Source of the DNA: a virus
Lineage: Duplodnaviria > Heunggongvirae > Uroviricota > Caudoviricetes
Virus record (IMG/VR): IMGVR_UViG_2541047828_000009
Location: 1-43,862 of that record
Direction: 5' to 3' (one strand)
Length of the DNA: 43,862 nucleotides
In this document: piece by piece, positions 1 to 9,001 of the stretch
Layout of the letters: the number at the start of each line of letters is the position of its first letter
Numbering within the stretch: the first letter of the stretch is position 1
Position numbers and translations under genes: made by a program
The notes under the pieces: model-generated
What the model was told of the DNA's origin: nothing
The model's database searches: none
The model's input: only the letters and a program-made list of their open reading frames with translations

Positions 1-1194
1 ATGATCACCGACACAAAGCTCAGGAAGGCGCTCGGCAAGAAAAGAGATGATATCGAGATTATTTCTGATTCGCACGGGCTCAACGCCAGAATCAGCCAGG
101 CCGGAAAAATATCATTTTTCTATCGGTATCGCTGGGCCGGTAAAGCGGTAAAACTCAATGTTGGTGATTATCCTGCAATGAGTATCACCCAGGCAAGAGA
201 GCGTCGCCAACAATTCAGAAACTGGTTAACTGAGGGACTGGATCCGCGAGAGCAGGTGAAGCTGGATAAGCAGACCCGACAGGAAGCGATGTCCGTTGCC
301 GAAGCGTTCAATTACTGGATTGAAAGGCACTGTATCGCTAACGGGCTAGTTAAAGTCGATTACTATCGCCAGGTGTTTGAGAAACATATCGCCGAACCGA
401 TGAAGAATGTCAAAGTCGATAACACAGCGAAAATGCACTGGATCAACGTCTTCGATTCTATAGAAAGCAGGGTGATGGCTCATTACATGCTTTCGCTGTG
501 CAAACGGGCGTTTAGGTTCTGCGTTAACAGAAGTGTGATCGCCTCAAACCCACTCGAGGGATTACTGCCATCTGATGTCGGGCAAAAGCCTAAAAAGAGA
601 ACTCGCAGGATGGACGATGACGATCTGCGCAAAATCTATCAGTGGTTGAAAAGCCATATGTCGATAGAGTCCGTTTTCCTGGTGAAATTTATTATGCTTA
701 CCGGATGCCGTACGGCTGAGATTCGACTTAGTGAGAGATCATGGTTTCGATTGGATGATAATGAGTGGGTCGTGCCTGCGGGCAGTTATAAAACTCGGGT
801 ACATATTAGAAGGGGACTCTCAGACGCCGCCGTTAACCTGGTCAGAAATCACCTCAAGAAAATAAACACCAATCACCTGGTGACTTCACAACGTAAAATT
901 GATGGCGGGATCAAAGATTCGCCCGTTCATTCACCTGTGGCATCCAATTACGCCCGTTCTATTTGGAATGGAACAGGTATGGCAGAGTGGTCGCTTCATG
1001 ATATGAGGCGGACGATAGCCACAAATCTCTCTGAGTTAGGTTGCCCGCCGCACGTAATTGAAAAGCTGCTCGGGCATCAGATGGTGGGGGTTATGGCGCA
1101 TTACAACCTTCATGACTATATCGATGATCAGAAACACTGGCTCCGCGTTTGGCAGAGCCATCTTGAAGAGATCATCGGAGAGCCCTTCAGTTAA
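1..1194 (+). CDS. int: Tyrosine integrase (site-specific recombinase)
   Basis: 397 aa; N-terminus [10 protein letters not shown] typical of P4-type integrases; C-terminal HDMRRT...LLGHQ...MAHYNLHDY catalytic box with the tyrosine. Confidence 0.9.
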
Positions 1195-1433
1195 TTTATC
1201 TTCTTTTTATCCTCCCACTCTTTGATTGACTCAGAGCGCCAGCGGTTAGGGTTGCCGGGCCAGTCAGGGGGTGGGAACGGGCATACGAAGCCCCGAGGCA
1301 TTGTGTCTGCACTTTGCCATGACCAAAGGGTTTTGCGTGAAATTTTGTAGCGACTGGTCAGGTCTGACGTTACCAAAATATCATCCATAGCTCTCTCTAG
1401 TTGCCCGTTCGGGCCATTCAAAATCTTTTTCAA
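1191..1433 (-). CDS. xis: Excisionase / AlpA-family small DNA-binding protein
   Basis: 80 aa, HTH-like segment [21 protein letters not shown], sits directly next to int. Confidence 0.6.
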
Positions 1434-1672
1434 CCAACCTGCCCGGGCAGGGAGCGGAGACGGCGCATGCCGGTCATCGCTGTGGCCACGTAGCTCGCCT
1501 TTCGGTTCACCACCTCCACCCAGACTTTCACGCCTTCAACCTTCACCGTATAAGTCTCTTTCATCTTGCTTCGCCCATAGTCGCCATATGTTTGCAAGTG
1601 AGCTGCCAGCGCGATGTCGCATGCTTGGCGAGCTAAAGGTGATTGCTTACTTCCTCGATTGATCAGTCGCAT
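1430..1672 (-). CDS. Hypothetical early protein
   Basis: 80-aa ORF with AAGGAG-type RBS upstream of the ATG; stop overlaps xis start. Confidence 0.5.
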   Translation of the reverse strand: MRLINRGSKQSPLARQACDIALAAHLQTYGDYGRSKMKETYTVKVEGVKVWVEVVNRKASYVATAMTGMRRLRSLPGQVG

Positions 1673-1710
1673 ATAATCTCCTTGAGGGAGGGTTACCCCT
1701 CCCGGTCTCG

Positions 1711-2829
1711 TCAGGCCACGTATTCCGGTTTCATATCCGCCAGGGTGATGCTGAATTGATCGTGCAGTTCATCGCCTAAGTGACGCTTTGAAGATGCAAG
1801 CATGCGCTCGGCTTCAGCGAACCGTTCGGCTGCATGCGGCTCGTCGGGCTGGGGCAGGGATTTAATAGCCTCCTCAACCTTGTTGCGTGCATCCACTAGG
1901 TAATAACGCTTTACGGCTTTGTTTTTCAGCTCGGTGAATAGTGCGGATCCCAGCGTAGCTTTCGCCGTTTCAATGTCGGCACGCAGCGATTTGGCGCTAT
2001 CCACGTCCTGAGCAGATTCGATGCGTTCGCGGAAATCATCGGCAAGAGAGTCGACATTTACCGACGATTCCTGTGCGCTTTGCGTGGTTGTGACGGTGTC
2101 ACCTGAGATATCAGCCAGGCTAACGCGTTGCGGCGTTGGGTTGATCTCTTTTTCTGTGCGCTGTTCAATCTCATCAGGGGTGTACACACCAAGAACAACT
2201 GCAGGGCAATACAGGCGCGCCCAGTATTTGAGTGCCAGATAAGCGATCTGCTGTTTCGGGTTTGATACCCAAAGTGGAGAATTACGTGTGATTACGCTGG
2301 AGAGGAAAACAGGCTCTCCCCAGGTGATATCACTTTCACCGCGAATAACGGCACCTACCCGTACCGACAGTCCTTGTTCATCAGCACTTTCCCAACCGCG
2401 TACCATTTCTTTCTTGTCGTACGTCCCGCCACCTTTCGCAGGCTTTTTAACGGTTATCTCGCGGCTGCTGGCACATTTCGACCAGTCGCCCTCGTACTCA
2501 TAGTGAAAGCGGCCAACGATGGCGTTTGAGCTGGAGATCACCGCATTAACCAGTTGCGCTTCGTATCCCAGGACACCGTTAACCAGGTGCGTCTTTTGCG
2601 CCACGGCGTAAGGGTTCATACCCCACTGCATCGCCTGCATGATGATGGCCATGCAGTCTGCCGGATTGCCGCGGAGGTGCTCAGGCACCGTTACGGCTGC
2701 CTGTGCCATCAACCCGGCGACAGACTGAAGCTGGGTTAAAGCCTGCACGTTGAAAATGGCATTGCTGGCTGAGATCGTGTTTGGAGTCTGCTGTTCAGCG
2801 GTTACGATATTCGTGTTTTCCATCATCAT
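1711..2829 (-). CDS. recT: Single-strand annealing recombinase, RecT/Bet (Red-beta) family
   Basis: Segments QWGMNPYAVAQKTHLV and SPLWVSNPKQQIAYLALKYWARLYCP resemble conserved blocks of lambda Bet/RecT; three consecutive ATGs at the start; lies directly downstream of the exonuclease gene. Confidence 0.7.
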   Translation of the reverse strand: MMMENTNIVTAEQQTPNTISASNAIFNVQALTQLQSVAGLMAQAAVTVPEHLRGNPADCMAIIMQAMQWGMNPYAVAQKTHLVNGVLGYEAQLVNAVISSSNAIVGRFHYEYEGDWSKCASSREITVKKPAKGGGTYDKKEMVRGWESADEQGLSVRVGAVIRGESDITWGEPVFLSSVITRNSPLWVSNPKQQIAYLALKYWARLYCPAVVLGVYTPDEIEQRTEKEINPTPQRVSLADISGDTVTTTQSAQESSVNVDSLADDFRERIESAQDVDSAKSLRADIETAKATLGSALFTELKNKAVKRYYLVDARNKVEEAIKSLPQPDEPHAAERFAEAERMLASSKRHLGDELHDQFSITLADMKPEYVA

Positions 2830-2834
2830 TCCCC

Positions 2835-5800
2835 TTATGCCTGAGTACGCAGCGCTTCAAGGCGGCGCAGGTCGAAGTCGTTCAGTTCGTCGGTGTAGTC
2901 AGCAGTGATTGGCGCTGGCCATTCACCTGTGTCGAATCCGGTTGCGATATTGCGCATCGCTTTGCGGTACTCGAGCATACCCAGCTCCAGTAGTTCAGCG
3001 GATGCCTCGATGATGGCGATCCAGTGGTAGTTCTCGTCTTTGTTGACGAAAATCCAGAAGAACTGATCCAGCGCTGCGGTTTCGCAGTACATAGCCGCGC
3101 TCAGGTGATAATCACGTTCAATAATTTCCCGGTGTAGCCTGGCGCGCAGGCTTTCCTGCTTAACATTCCACATGCTGATGGTTTTCAGGTCAGCACCGAT
3201 ACGCACGCCGTCTAGGTCGATCTCAAGGTCAGGGCGCACACGAACTTCCAGTCCCGTCTCCTCGTCAAAGCCAAAGTAGCTCACCTCAACGGCGCGGCTC
3301 GGGTGGGTTAGCAGCATGCCTGCGGTCGGGTGCGAGAGCAGTGCTGACTGAATTGCCTGCGCGGTGGCAAGTTGCTGGTGGGTAACCAGCACTTTCCCTT
3401 CCGGGTTGTTGCGCCACGCATCGAGCAGCTCGTCGGCGAACACTGCATCTGGTTTGACTGCCTTCACGGCCTGAATCAGATCGGCCTTCGTGCCAGAGAC
3501 TTTCAGCGGTTGCAGCTTCTGAGCTTCCTGCGCGACCAGGTCAGGATTGATAATCGCAAGTTGTTCGAGTAGTGCGTCGCGGCTGCCGCTGGTTTTAATC
3601 TGCGCTGGCAGGGTGGCGTTGTACTCTTTGATGCACGCCTTCATTGCTGTTGCTGTCTTCTTCTGATCTGCATCGATACGTTGGAATTCAGCTGGCAGCG
3701 CCATATAGTTCTGCGCCGTTTCATCCAGGCTAGCGCCCAGCGGCACCAGCGCTGGCAGGGTGGCGTTGTATTCATCCAGCAAAGCTTTGATATCGTCTGC
3801 GCTCAGTTGCGCTGGCAGGCTGGCGTTGTACTCATCAATAAACGCGCGGATCGTTGCCGTGGTGGTAAATGCACCTTCCGGAATTACGGGTTCAACGCTA
3901 AATTCTTCATCGAGCTGTTCTGGCTGCAACGCCAGCGCATGTACCAGGTTTCCCATGTCCAGCACTGAGGAGCGCTCTTTGACGATGGTTTTCTCAACGT
4001 GGCGCGCATTGAAGTACATCAGCGAAACGCGCGCATCTTTTACCTGGGTGGAACTGATGCCGTTGGCAGCGTGGTAAACCTCGTTCGGCAGACCTTCATA
4101 GCGGCCAGGTTCGAAGTAAGCAGGGTACACAACACCCGGTTCGTCAGATTGAGCTTCTGGCTCGGTTTGGGCCGCAACCGGTTCGGTTTGGTTTACAGAA
4201 TCGCTGTTTTGGCTAACAGAATCCGCATTCTGGCTCACATCGGCTTGCTGGCCGGTATGTGACTCTTCACCAGTTTCCAGACTGCTTTCGCCTGACTGCA
4301 CTTCATCACCAGCCTGTTCTTCATCACTGACAGTTTCTTCCATCTGCACATTGCTGGTGGTTTCCTCATTAAGTGGTGAACGGTTATCTGTTTGTGTTTG
4401 TTGATCGCCCATCAGGCCATCAATGGAGAATACGCCGTTGCCCATGTTGGCGATTTGTGGCTGTTTAGCAGCTGTTTTCTGCTCTGCAGCGACCTGCTCA
4501 TTAACCTCATTTTCCCAGCTGACGTCCGGCGCATGACCAGCATCAGCCAGCGTTTCTTCTGAGGGGTTTGAGTGGTCATTTTCGGTTAGATTGGCATTGA
4601 TATATGCCCGCAACCGCCCAGGAAAGTTAACCAATTCTGATGATGTGCCGCGGATGAGTGCAAAGATGGCGGCGCGTGAATAGTCCAGGATGCCAGCGGT
4701 TTTGCGCAGCGCCTCAGACCATTCGCTGAACGGACTTTCTTTCTTGCTGACAATCTCTTTAGCGCGACGGTAGACCCCACCAGGTATGTCGTAGATATTG
4801 AAATCCATTGGCAAGGTGGCCAGCGCAATTTCAACATCCAAAGTGTCCAGTGTGTGGACATAGTCGGTATTACGATCGGTCTTATTTCCACCGCCAGCAT
4901 TGGTTTTGACGTCAGTACGTTGAATCTGCGCAACGCGGTTACCTTTCTGCCATTCCTTGACCAGCAGGCCACGGTCGATGTAATCAGTGTTGAACCACAC
5001 AGTCAGGAACTGGATAACTGTTGCCAGCTCCGGTTTTTTACCGTCGACAGGGAAGACTTTCTTAACAGCATTCACGACTTTATGAATATCGTGCTCAATG
5101 GCTTTTTTGAATGCTTCCACATTCTCAGCAGCCAGCAGCAGGTTCTGGATGTACGTGTCATCAGTGTCCATCTCAAGGCGGACAATCTCGTTTTTCTGCC
5201 CAGCGTCGATGTGATAGAGATATTCACCATCACCGATGAACTGAGCCAGTACGCGCTGACGGAATGGCAGGGTGGCTACGACGATCAGGTTCGGCTGATC
5301 TGGCTGCTGAGATTGTTCTTCGGTACCGACTTCATCACCAACGCTGGTGGTTTCAGTTTTGAGCAGAGGAAACCTTCCACTGCGCCAGTCTTCAACCAGT
5401 TGATTGCGATCACCTGCTTCTGCGTTCACCCAGTCAGACATGAAAGCAGCGATCACTTCAGGTCCATGCTCTTCACCCTGTTCGAAGATGTCTTTAATCG
5501 CCTGAATCATTTTCCACTCAGCATTAAGACTGAGTTCGCCAACTTCAGGAACATCATTTTTAACCTGCAGCAAGTTCTGGAGATAGGTATTGCTTTCGTC
5601 CAGTGACATTTCGCTGGCAGCCAGCTGCTGCTCTTTAGTGACGTGAGTCTGGTACTTATCGCTCATCAGATGGAAGGCAAAACGGACTGCTGGAGTGCGG
5701 TTTTCTAACGATACATTCTCGTCAGAAGTCGCTACTTCATCTGTATTTTTTACATCGGCAGGGATAGTGGTGACAACGTCGCCAGCGGCCTTTGGCAGCC

Positions 5801-6065
5801 AGGTGCGCCCGTCGTCCTGCAGTTCGTAACGATCACACCAGGTGAAATCAACTTCACCTTCTTCCGGCAGGTCGTCATATACCGGGAAATCGGTGCGGAT
5901 TGGTTTGGCATAATCTTTACCGCGGCCAGTTTCTTCAATTCCGGCTTCTTCCAGTGCCACATCGAGTTGGAGATTGGCGCGCGCTACACTTTTCGCAGTG
6001 AACCAAATCACTGCATCTTTCTTGCCAGACTTCTGACTGGCTTTTATCAGATGGAAAAATTCCAT
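2835..6065 (-). CDS. recE: Exodeoxyribonuclease VIII-like (RecE-type) large exonuclease, 1076 aa
   Basis: Start taken at ATG 6065 (MEFFHL, AAGAGGA RBS), not the longer track ORF; C-terminal nuclease-like domain; paired with recT as in Rac-type prophages; internal acidic linker and triple EYNA[ST]LPA repeat. Confidence 0.7.
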   Translation of the reverse strand: MEFFHLIKASQKSGKKDAVIWFTAKSVARANLQLDVALEEAGIEETGRGKDYAKPIRTDFPVYDDLPEEGEVDFTWCDRYELQDDGRTWLPKAAGDVVTTIPADVKNTDEVATSDENVSLENRTPAVRFAFHLMSDKYQTHVTKEQQLAASEMSLDESNTYLQNLLQVKNDVPEVGELSLNAEWKMIQAIKDIFEQGEEHGPEVIAAFMSDWVNAEAGDRNQLVEDWRSGRFPLLKTETTSVGDEVGTEEQSQQPDQPNLIVVATLPFRQRVLAQFIGDGEYLYHIDAGQKNEIVRLEMDTDDTYIQNLLLAAENVEAFKKAIEHDIHKVVNAVKKVFPVDGKKPELATVIQFLTVWFNTDYIDRGLLVKEWQKGNRVAQIQRTDVKTNAGGGNKTDRNTDYVHTLDTLDVEIALATLPMDFNIYDIPGGVYRRAKEIVSKKESPFSEWSEALRKTAGILDYSRAAIFALIRGTSSELVNFPGRLRAYINANLTENDHSNPSEETLADAGHAPDVSWENEVNEQVAAEQKTAAKQPQIANMGNGVFSIDGLMGDQQTQTDNRSPLNEETTSNVQMEETVSDEEQAGDEVQSGESSLETGEESHTGQQADVSQNADSVSQNSDSVNQTEPVAAQTEPEAQSDEPGVVYPAYFEPGRYEGLPNEVYHAANGISSTQVKDARVSLMYFNARHVEKTIVKERSSVLDMGNLVHALALQPEQLDEEFSVEPVIPEGAFTTTATIRAFIDEYNASLPAQLSADDIKALLDEYNATLPALVPLGASLDETAQNYMALPAEFQRIDADQKKTATAMKACIKEYNATLPAQIKTSGSRDALLEQLAIINPDLVAQEAQKLQPLKVSGTKADLIQAVKAVKPDAVFADELLDAWRNNPEGKVLVTHQQLATAQAIQSALLSHPTAGMLLTHPSRAVEVSYFGFDEETGLEVRVRPDLEIDLDGVRIGADLKTISMWNVKQESLRARLHREIIERDYHLSAAMYCETAALDQFFWIFVNKDENYHWIAIIEASAELLELGMLEYRKAMRNIATGFDTGEWPAPITADYTDELNDFDLRRLEALRTQA
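3600..3835. repeat. Three copies of a ~25-bp intragenic repeat GCGCTGGCAGG[GC]TGGCGTTGTA[CT]TC inside recE
   Basis: Copies at about 3603, 3749 and 3809; each encodes the peptide EYNA[ST]LPA on the minus strand. Confidence 0.8.
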
Positions 6066-6203
6066 GTGAGATCCTCTTTTTTGAGTGTTAGAATCCCCGG
6101 GCCAGAGATAGCGCCCATTGGATGTTTTTTGGTTTGGTATAAATTCCGGTGTAACTTTGGTCGGTGGCACCGGACGTGAATCCCGCCTTGCGCGGGGTTT
6201 TCG

Positions 6204-6365
6204 TTATGCTTCGTGGGCCATCTGGTCGAACGAAGCGCAACGTACTGAACAGTAATCACGTTGCTCGCGTTTCAACTGCGTGCCGTGGATAAAGAGCAGT
6301 TCGTTTTTAACTTCCTTCCCTTGCTTGATCGGCTTGCGGCAGTACGCGCATTTTTTCTCCTGCAT
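6204..6365 (-). CDS. Small zinc-ribbon protein (53 aa), possibly YdaE-like
   Basis: Hand translation MQEKKCAYCRKPIKQGKEVKNELLFIHGTQLKREQRDYCSVRCASFDQMAHEA with CxxC and CxxxC pairs; GGAG 9 nt upstream; below the 60-aa track cutoff. Confidence 0.45.
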   Translation of the reverse strand: MQEKKCAYCRKPIKQGKEVKNELLFIHGTQLKREQRDYCSVRCASFDQMAHEA

Positions 6366-6376
6366 AACTCACTCCG

Positions 6377-6583
6377 TTAATGGCTAAGGCCATGTCCTAA
6401 ACCGTTTAGATAAACCTCAACCAGCAAATCTTTGGTGTAGGTACGTTCGATGCCACGGTGAAGATACAGGCGACCGCGTGCGTTAGCAGATGCGGTCCAG
6501 GTTGAGTCTTTGTGTTTTACAAGCATCCCCGGCTGAACTGCGCCGCGGTTTACTGTCTGTGTACCGTAGTGCTGATGAACCAT
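6377..6583 (-). CDS. Kil-like small early protein (68 aa)
   Basis: ATG at 6583 with GGAG RBS; the track ORF extending to 6727 begins with TTG; positional analogy to kil of Rac/lambda; sequence identity not verified. Confidence 0.4.
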   Translation of the reverse strand: MVHQHYGTQTVNRGAVQPGMLVKHKDSTWTASANARGRLYLHRGIERTYTKDLLVEVYLNGLGHGLSH

Positions 6584-6835
6584 GATGTTCTCCACTATTG
6601 CTGAGTGAACTTCGCTGGTGGTGCCGTGACGCTGATCTTCACAGTTGAGCGTTTTAACTCTGCAATTCACCACCGCGAAGCTCACTTCTGTGTTTGCCCT
6701 TGTCGCCAGGCTGGCGGAACGTTTCAAACCTACTGCGCGTTAATATCACCACCTCATTCCGGTTTTCGTATGCCCCGGACGGCTACTTCGTGGGCTCCAT
6801 GCCTGGGTGGTTCGTGGTGCGTCTTGGTGATTGCA

Positions 6836-6864
6836 TATTAAGCCTGAGACTTAAATCATGTCAA
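6836..6864 (-). promoter_or_regulatory. pL-like early-left promoter
   Basis: On the minus strand TTGACA, 17-nt spacer, TTAATA; an operator palindrome overlaps the spacer and -10. Confidence 0.5.
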
Positions 6865-6901
6865 GCTCCAGGCGAAATGTGATTGTAAGTTTCAGGCTTA
6901 A
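6838..6901. promoter_or_regulatory. Left operator cluster (OL-like): two 17-bp TTAAG-N7-CTTAA palindromes
   Basis: ttaagcctgagacttaa (6838-6854) and gtaagtttcaggcttaa (6885-6901); the same motif recurs at the right operator. Confidence 0.7.
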
Positions 6902-7005
6902 TCGTGATGTTCACCGAATTGCAGGCAAAAAAAATCCCGACGCTAAGGTCGAGATCGGGGACTTCGTGGCTGGGTGTTGGCGGCTGAGATGGTGGGTGAG
7001 GGTGT

Positions 7006-7034
7006 AAAAAACCGGCGCTGTGGCCGGGTTTTTT
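7006..7034. terminator. Bidirectional rho-independent terminator
   Basis: aaaaaa-CCGGC-gctgtg-GCCGG-gtttttt; A-run on one side and T-run on the other; sits just past the end of the immunity cargo operon. Confidence 0.7.
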
Positions 7035-7036
7035 CA

Positions 7037-7141
7037 TTACTGCTGGTTAAATCCTTTCGGCGAGTGCTGCTGTTCTTTATTACCAAATTTTTGATTTACA
7101 ATGATTTTATAAGCGTTATTGAGAGCTTGCTTTATAGACAT
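7037..7141 (-). CDS. Small ORF (34 aa) downstream of the AT-rich cargo gene
   Basis: Hand translation MSIKQALNNAYKIIVNQKFGNKEQQHSPKGFNQQ; strong AAGGAG RBS 6 nt before the ATG; 17 nt after the stop of the 434-aa gene; followed by the terminator. Confidence 0.4.
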   Translation of the reverse strand: MSIKQALNNAYKIIVNQKFGNKEQQHSPKGFNQQ

Positions 7142-7158
7142 TAATATCTCCTTATGTG

Positions 7159-8463
7159 TTATTGACGATTAAAGTAGTTAGAGTTTAGCTCTTTAGGGAA
7201 GTAGTGTTTACGATTTACCCAAACAAATCCATCAACTTTTGATATCACAGCGACATCAACAGGCCCACCGACAGTTTCATAATCATGTGATACTTTTCTT
7301 TTGAATGCAGTGATGTTCACTAATGATTCGGCCATATACGCAAGATCTGCCTTCCCAAGTGATTGCAACATCGATATCATTTTATTTGTATGGTTATTAA
7401 CAATATAGCTTTCAAGTTTAGTATCGTGATCTTGTAAAAGTACGTTTTTGAGTTCCTCAATTTCACTGGAGAAGTGATTGGCTAGTACTCCATTGTTCAT
7501 TGCAGGGAAAATATTGCTAGAAACATAATGATTAAGCCGATCAAAAACTTCCTCTGTAAGAGTTCTGTTAAAATTAATGATGTTAGGGTTGCACCCATCA
7601 ATGAAAGTTACTACTTCATCTTCTTGAGCAAATGGTATAACAAACCCCATATTGGTTACCTCATTATGGGATTTATCATCAATATTATGGATCATCAATT
7701 TGTTTTTAAAAATGCCGTAGATATGAAGAGTGCAAATGGAAGGGTAATATTCTTCCTCTCCATAACCTGTTATAACAATCCCTGAATATGTACGACTAGC
7801 ATGGACTTTGAAAATTAAACAAGTGGAATATAATATGACTTTTTCCATAAGCTCTTGCTGTATATTTTCACAGTTATCAAGAACAATAATTGATGAAATG
7901 TATGGCGATATTAAATCTTGTATATATGCTAAAGCATCATTAAACTCTTCTGTATCAAACCCTTCGAAAAAGAGATTATTCCTTAAGATTCCTATCTCTA
8001 AATCAAAGGCTTGCTTAACTATGTTTTGAAAAATAACATTGTCGAGTTCAACGGCGGGGTTCATTGTTAAATAGTTTACTACATTATTATCATTAATGTA
8101 TCTCATCAAACCTTTGAGGTTATCAACAACAAGGTTTATAACGCAAGCCTCTCTCATTTCATTTGTTATAAGGTCTGAGTTACCATTGATGAATTTTACA
8201 AAGTCATTAACATATTCTTTAATGGTAGGGAAACTAGTTTTCCCCAATTGTTTTCTATAGGATTTAATTATAAGTTCCCACGGTGCGCCACCCAGTGTCG
8301 CATTATTATAAATCATGATCCCCACGGGATGGTGTTTAGATAGTTCGAATAGTTTTTCCGCACTATTATTTATTTTTACTAATCTATTATGCTCTGTGGT
8401 GACTGCAGAGTCAGCAGCAAGGGCGATTCCAGTATTATTTATTACAACAATCTCAGCTGTCAT
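7159..8463 (-). CDS. AT-rich hypothetical protein (434 aa), candidate superinfection-exclusion or abortive-infection factor
   Basis: Start chosen at ATG 8463 (MTAEIVVINNTGIALAADSAVT); an in-frame ATGATG at 8562 would give the 467-aa track ORF; codon usage conspicuously AT-rich versus flanks; co-oriented immediately downstream of the repressor. Confidence 0.7.
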   Translation of the reverse strand: MTAEIVVINNTGIALAADSAVTTEHNRLVKINNSAEKLFELSKHHPVGIMIYNNATLGGAPWELIIKSYRKQLGKTSFPTIKEYVNDFVKFINGNSDLITNEMREACVINLVVDNLKGLMRYINDNNVVNYLTMNPAVELDNVIFQNIVKQAFDLEIGILRNNLFFEGFDTEEFNDALAYIQDLISPYISSIIVLDNCENIQQELMEKVILYSTCLIFKVHASRTYSGIVITGYGEEEYYPSICTLHIYGIFKNKLMIHNIDDKSHNEVTNMGFVIPFAQEDEVVTFIDGCNPNIINFNRTLTEEVFDRLNHYVSSNIFPAMNNGVLANHFSSEIEELKNVLLQDHDTKLESYIVNNHTNKMISMLQSLGKADLAYMAESLVNITAFKRKVSHDYETVGGPVDVAVISKVDGFVWVNRKHYFPKELNSNYFNRQ

Positions 8464-8604
8464 TGCAAAACATCCCGTGTAGTAGTGATAAATATTAATT
8501 AAATTGATAGTTTTTTTCAATCTAACATAAATGGCGGAATCACCCCCCAGTAAAGACATCATTGTCTCATGGGAACTAAAAATTCAGGACAAACCTAAAG
8601 CGAT

Positions 8605-8991
8605 TCAGTCCCCCTGCGAGCGAATCCGCCCCTTCATGTACTTCTCATACAGCTCATCCAGTTCCTTAAGACGTATCGAAAAGATGCGGAGCATGTTCTG
8701 TTGCTCTTCTTCTGGCAGCTGGCGGTAGAGCTCAAGCAGGCGCTGTTCGTCCGGCTTAAGTCCGTCCTTCTCGCCGACATCCTCACCGAGTAACCAAGGC
8801 ACAGACACGCCAGCTGCGTCAGCGACAGCGAGAGCTGATTTCTTGCTGATCACGCCTTTTTTAAACCAGCCGTTCACAGACTGCGGGGTTACCCCAGCAA
8901 CCCTGGCCATATCGGATTTGGTCATACCGCGCCCGTTCAGCTCTGAAAGGCGTTCGACAAGTATCGGATTAAGTACGGTTTTCTCTTTCAT
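8605..8991 (-). CDS. Prophage repressor, XRE-type HTH (cI functional analogue), 128 aa
   Basis: HTH segment MTKSDMARVAGVTPQSVNGWFKKG; divergent from the cro-like gene across an operator cluster; no SD before the ATG (leaderless-like, as for lambda cI from pRM); no C-terminal S24 peptidase domain. Confidence 0.8.
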   Translation of the reverse strand: MKEKTVLNPILVERLSELNGRGMTKSDMARVAGVTPQSVNGWFKKGVISKKSALAVADAAGVSVPWLLGEDVGEKDGLKPDEQRLLELYRQLPEEEQQNMLRIFSIRLKELDELYEKYMKGRIRSQGD

Positions 8992-9001
8992 GGTTAGAAG
9001 A

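Noticed and set aside
4854-5606. 250-aa plus-strand ORF and other ORFs of 60-130 aa antisense to or overlapping recE, recT, portal, tape measure and scaffold genes (for example 22240..22812, 24277..24731, 30775..31218, 10858..11355)
   Set aside because: They lie inside confidently assigned genes on the opposite strand or in alternative frames, lack RBSs, and several sit in low-complexity DNA; they are most likely non-coding.
6182-6203. Hairpin cccgc-cttgc-gcggg followed by a T-rich tract as a terminator
   Set aside because: The T-run is on the plus strand while all neighbouring genes are on the minus strand, so it is in the wrong orientation to terminate the early-left operon.
6377-6727. 116-aa version of the Kil-like ORF from the track
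   Set aside because: It begins with TTG and has no RBS; the internal ATG at 6583 has a GGAG RBS and gives a size typical of Kil proteins. The longer form is not excluded.
7159-8562. 467-aa version of the AT-rich cargo ORF starting at ATGATG 8557-8562
   Set aside because: No SD-like sequence precedes it; the 8463 start was preferred but both are weak, so this stays an open alternative.
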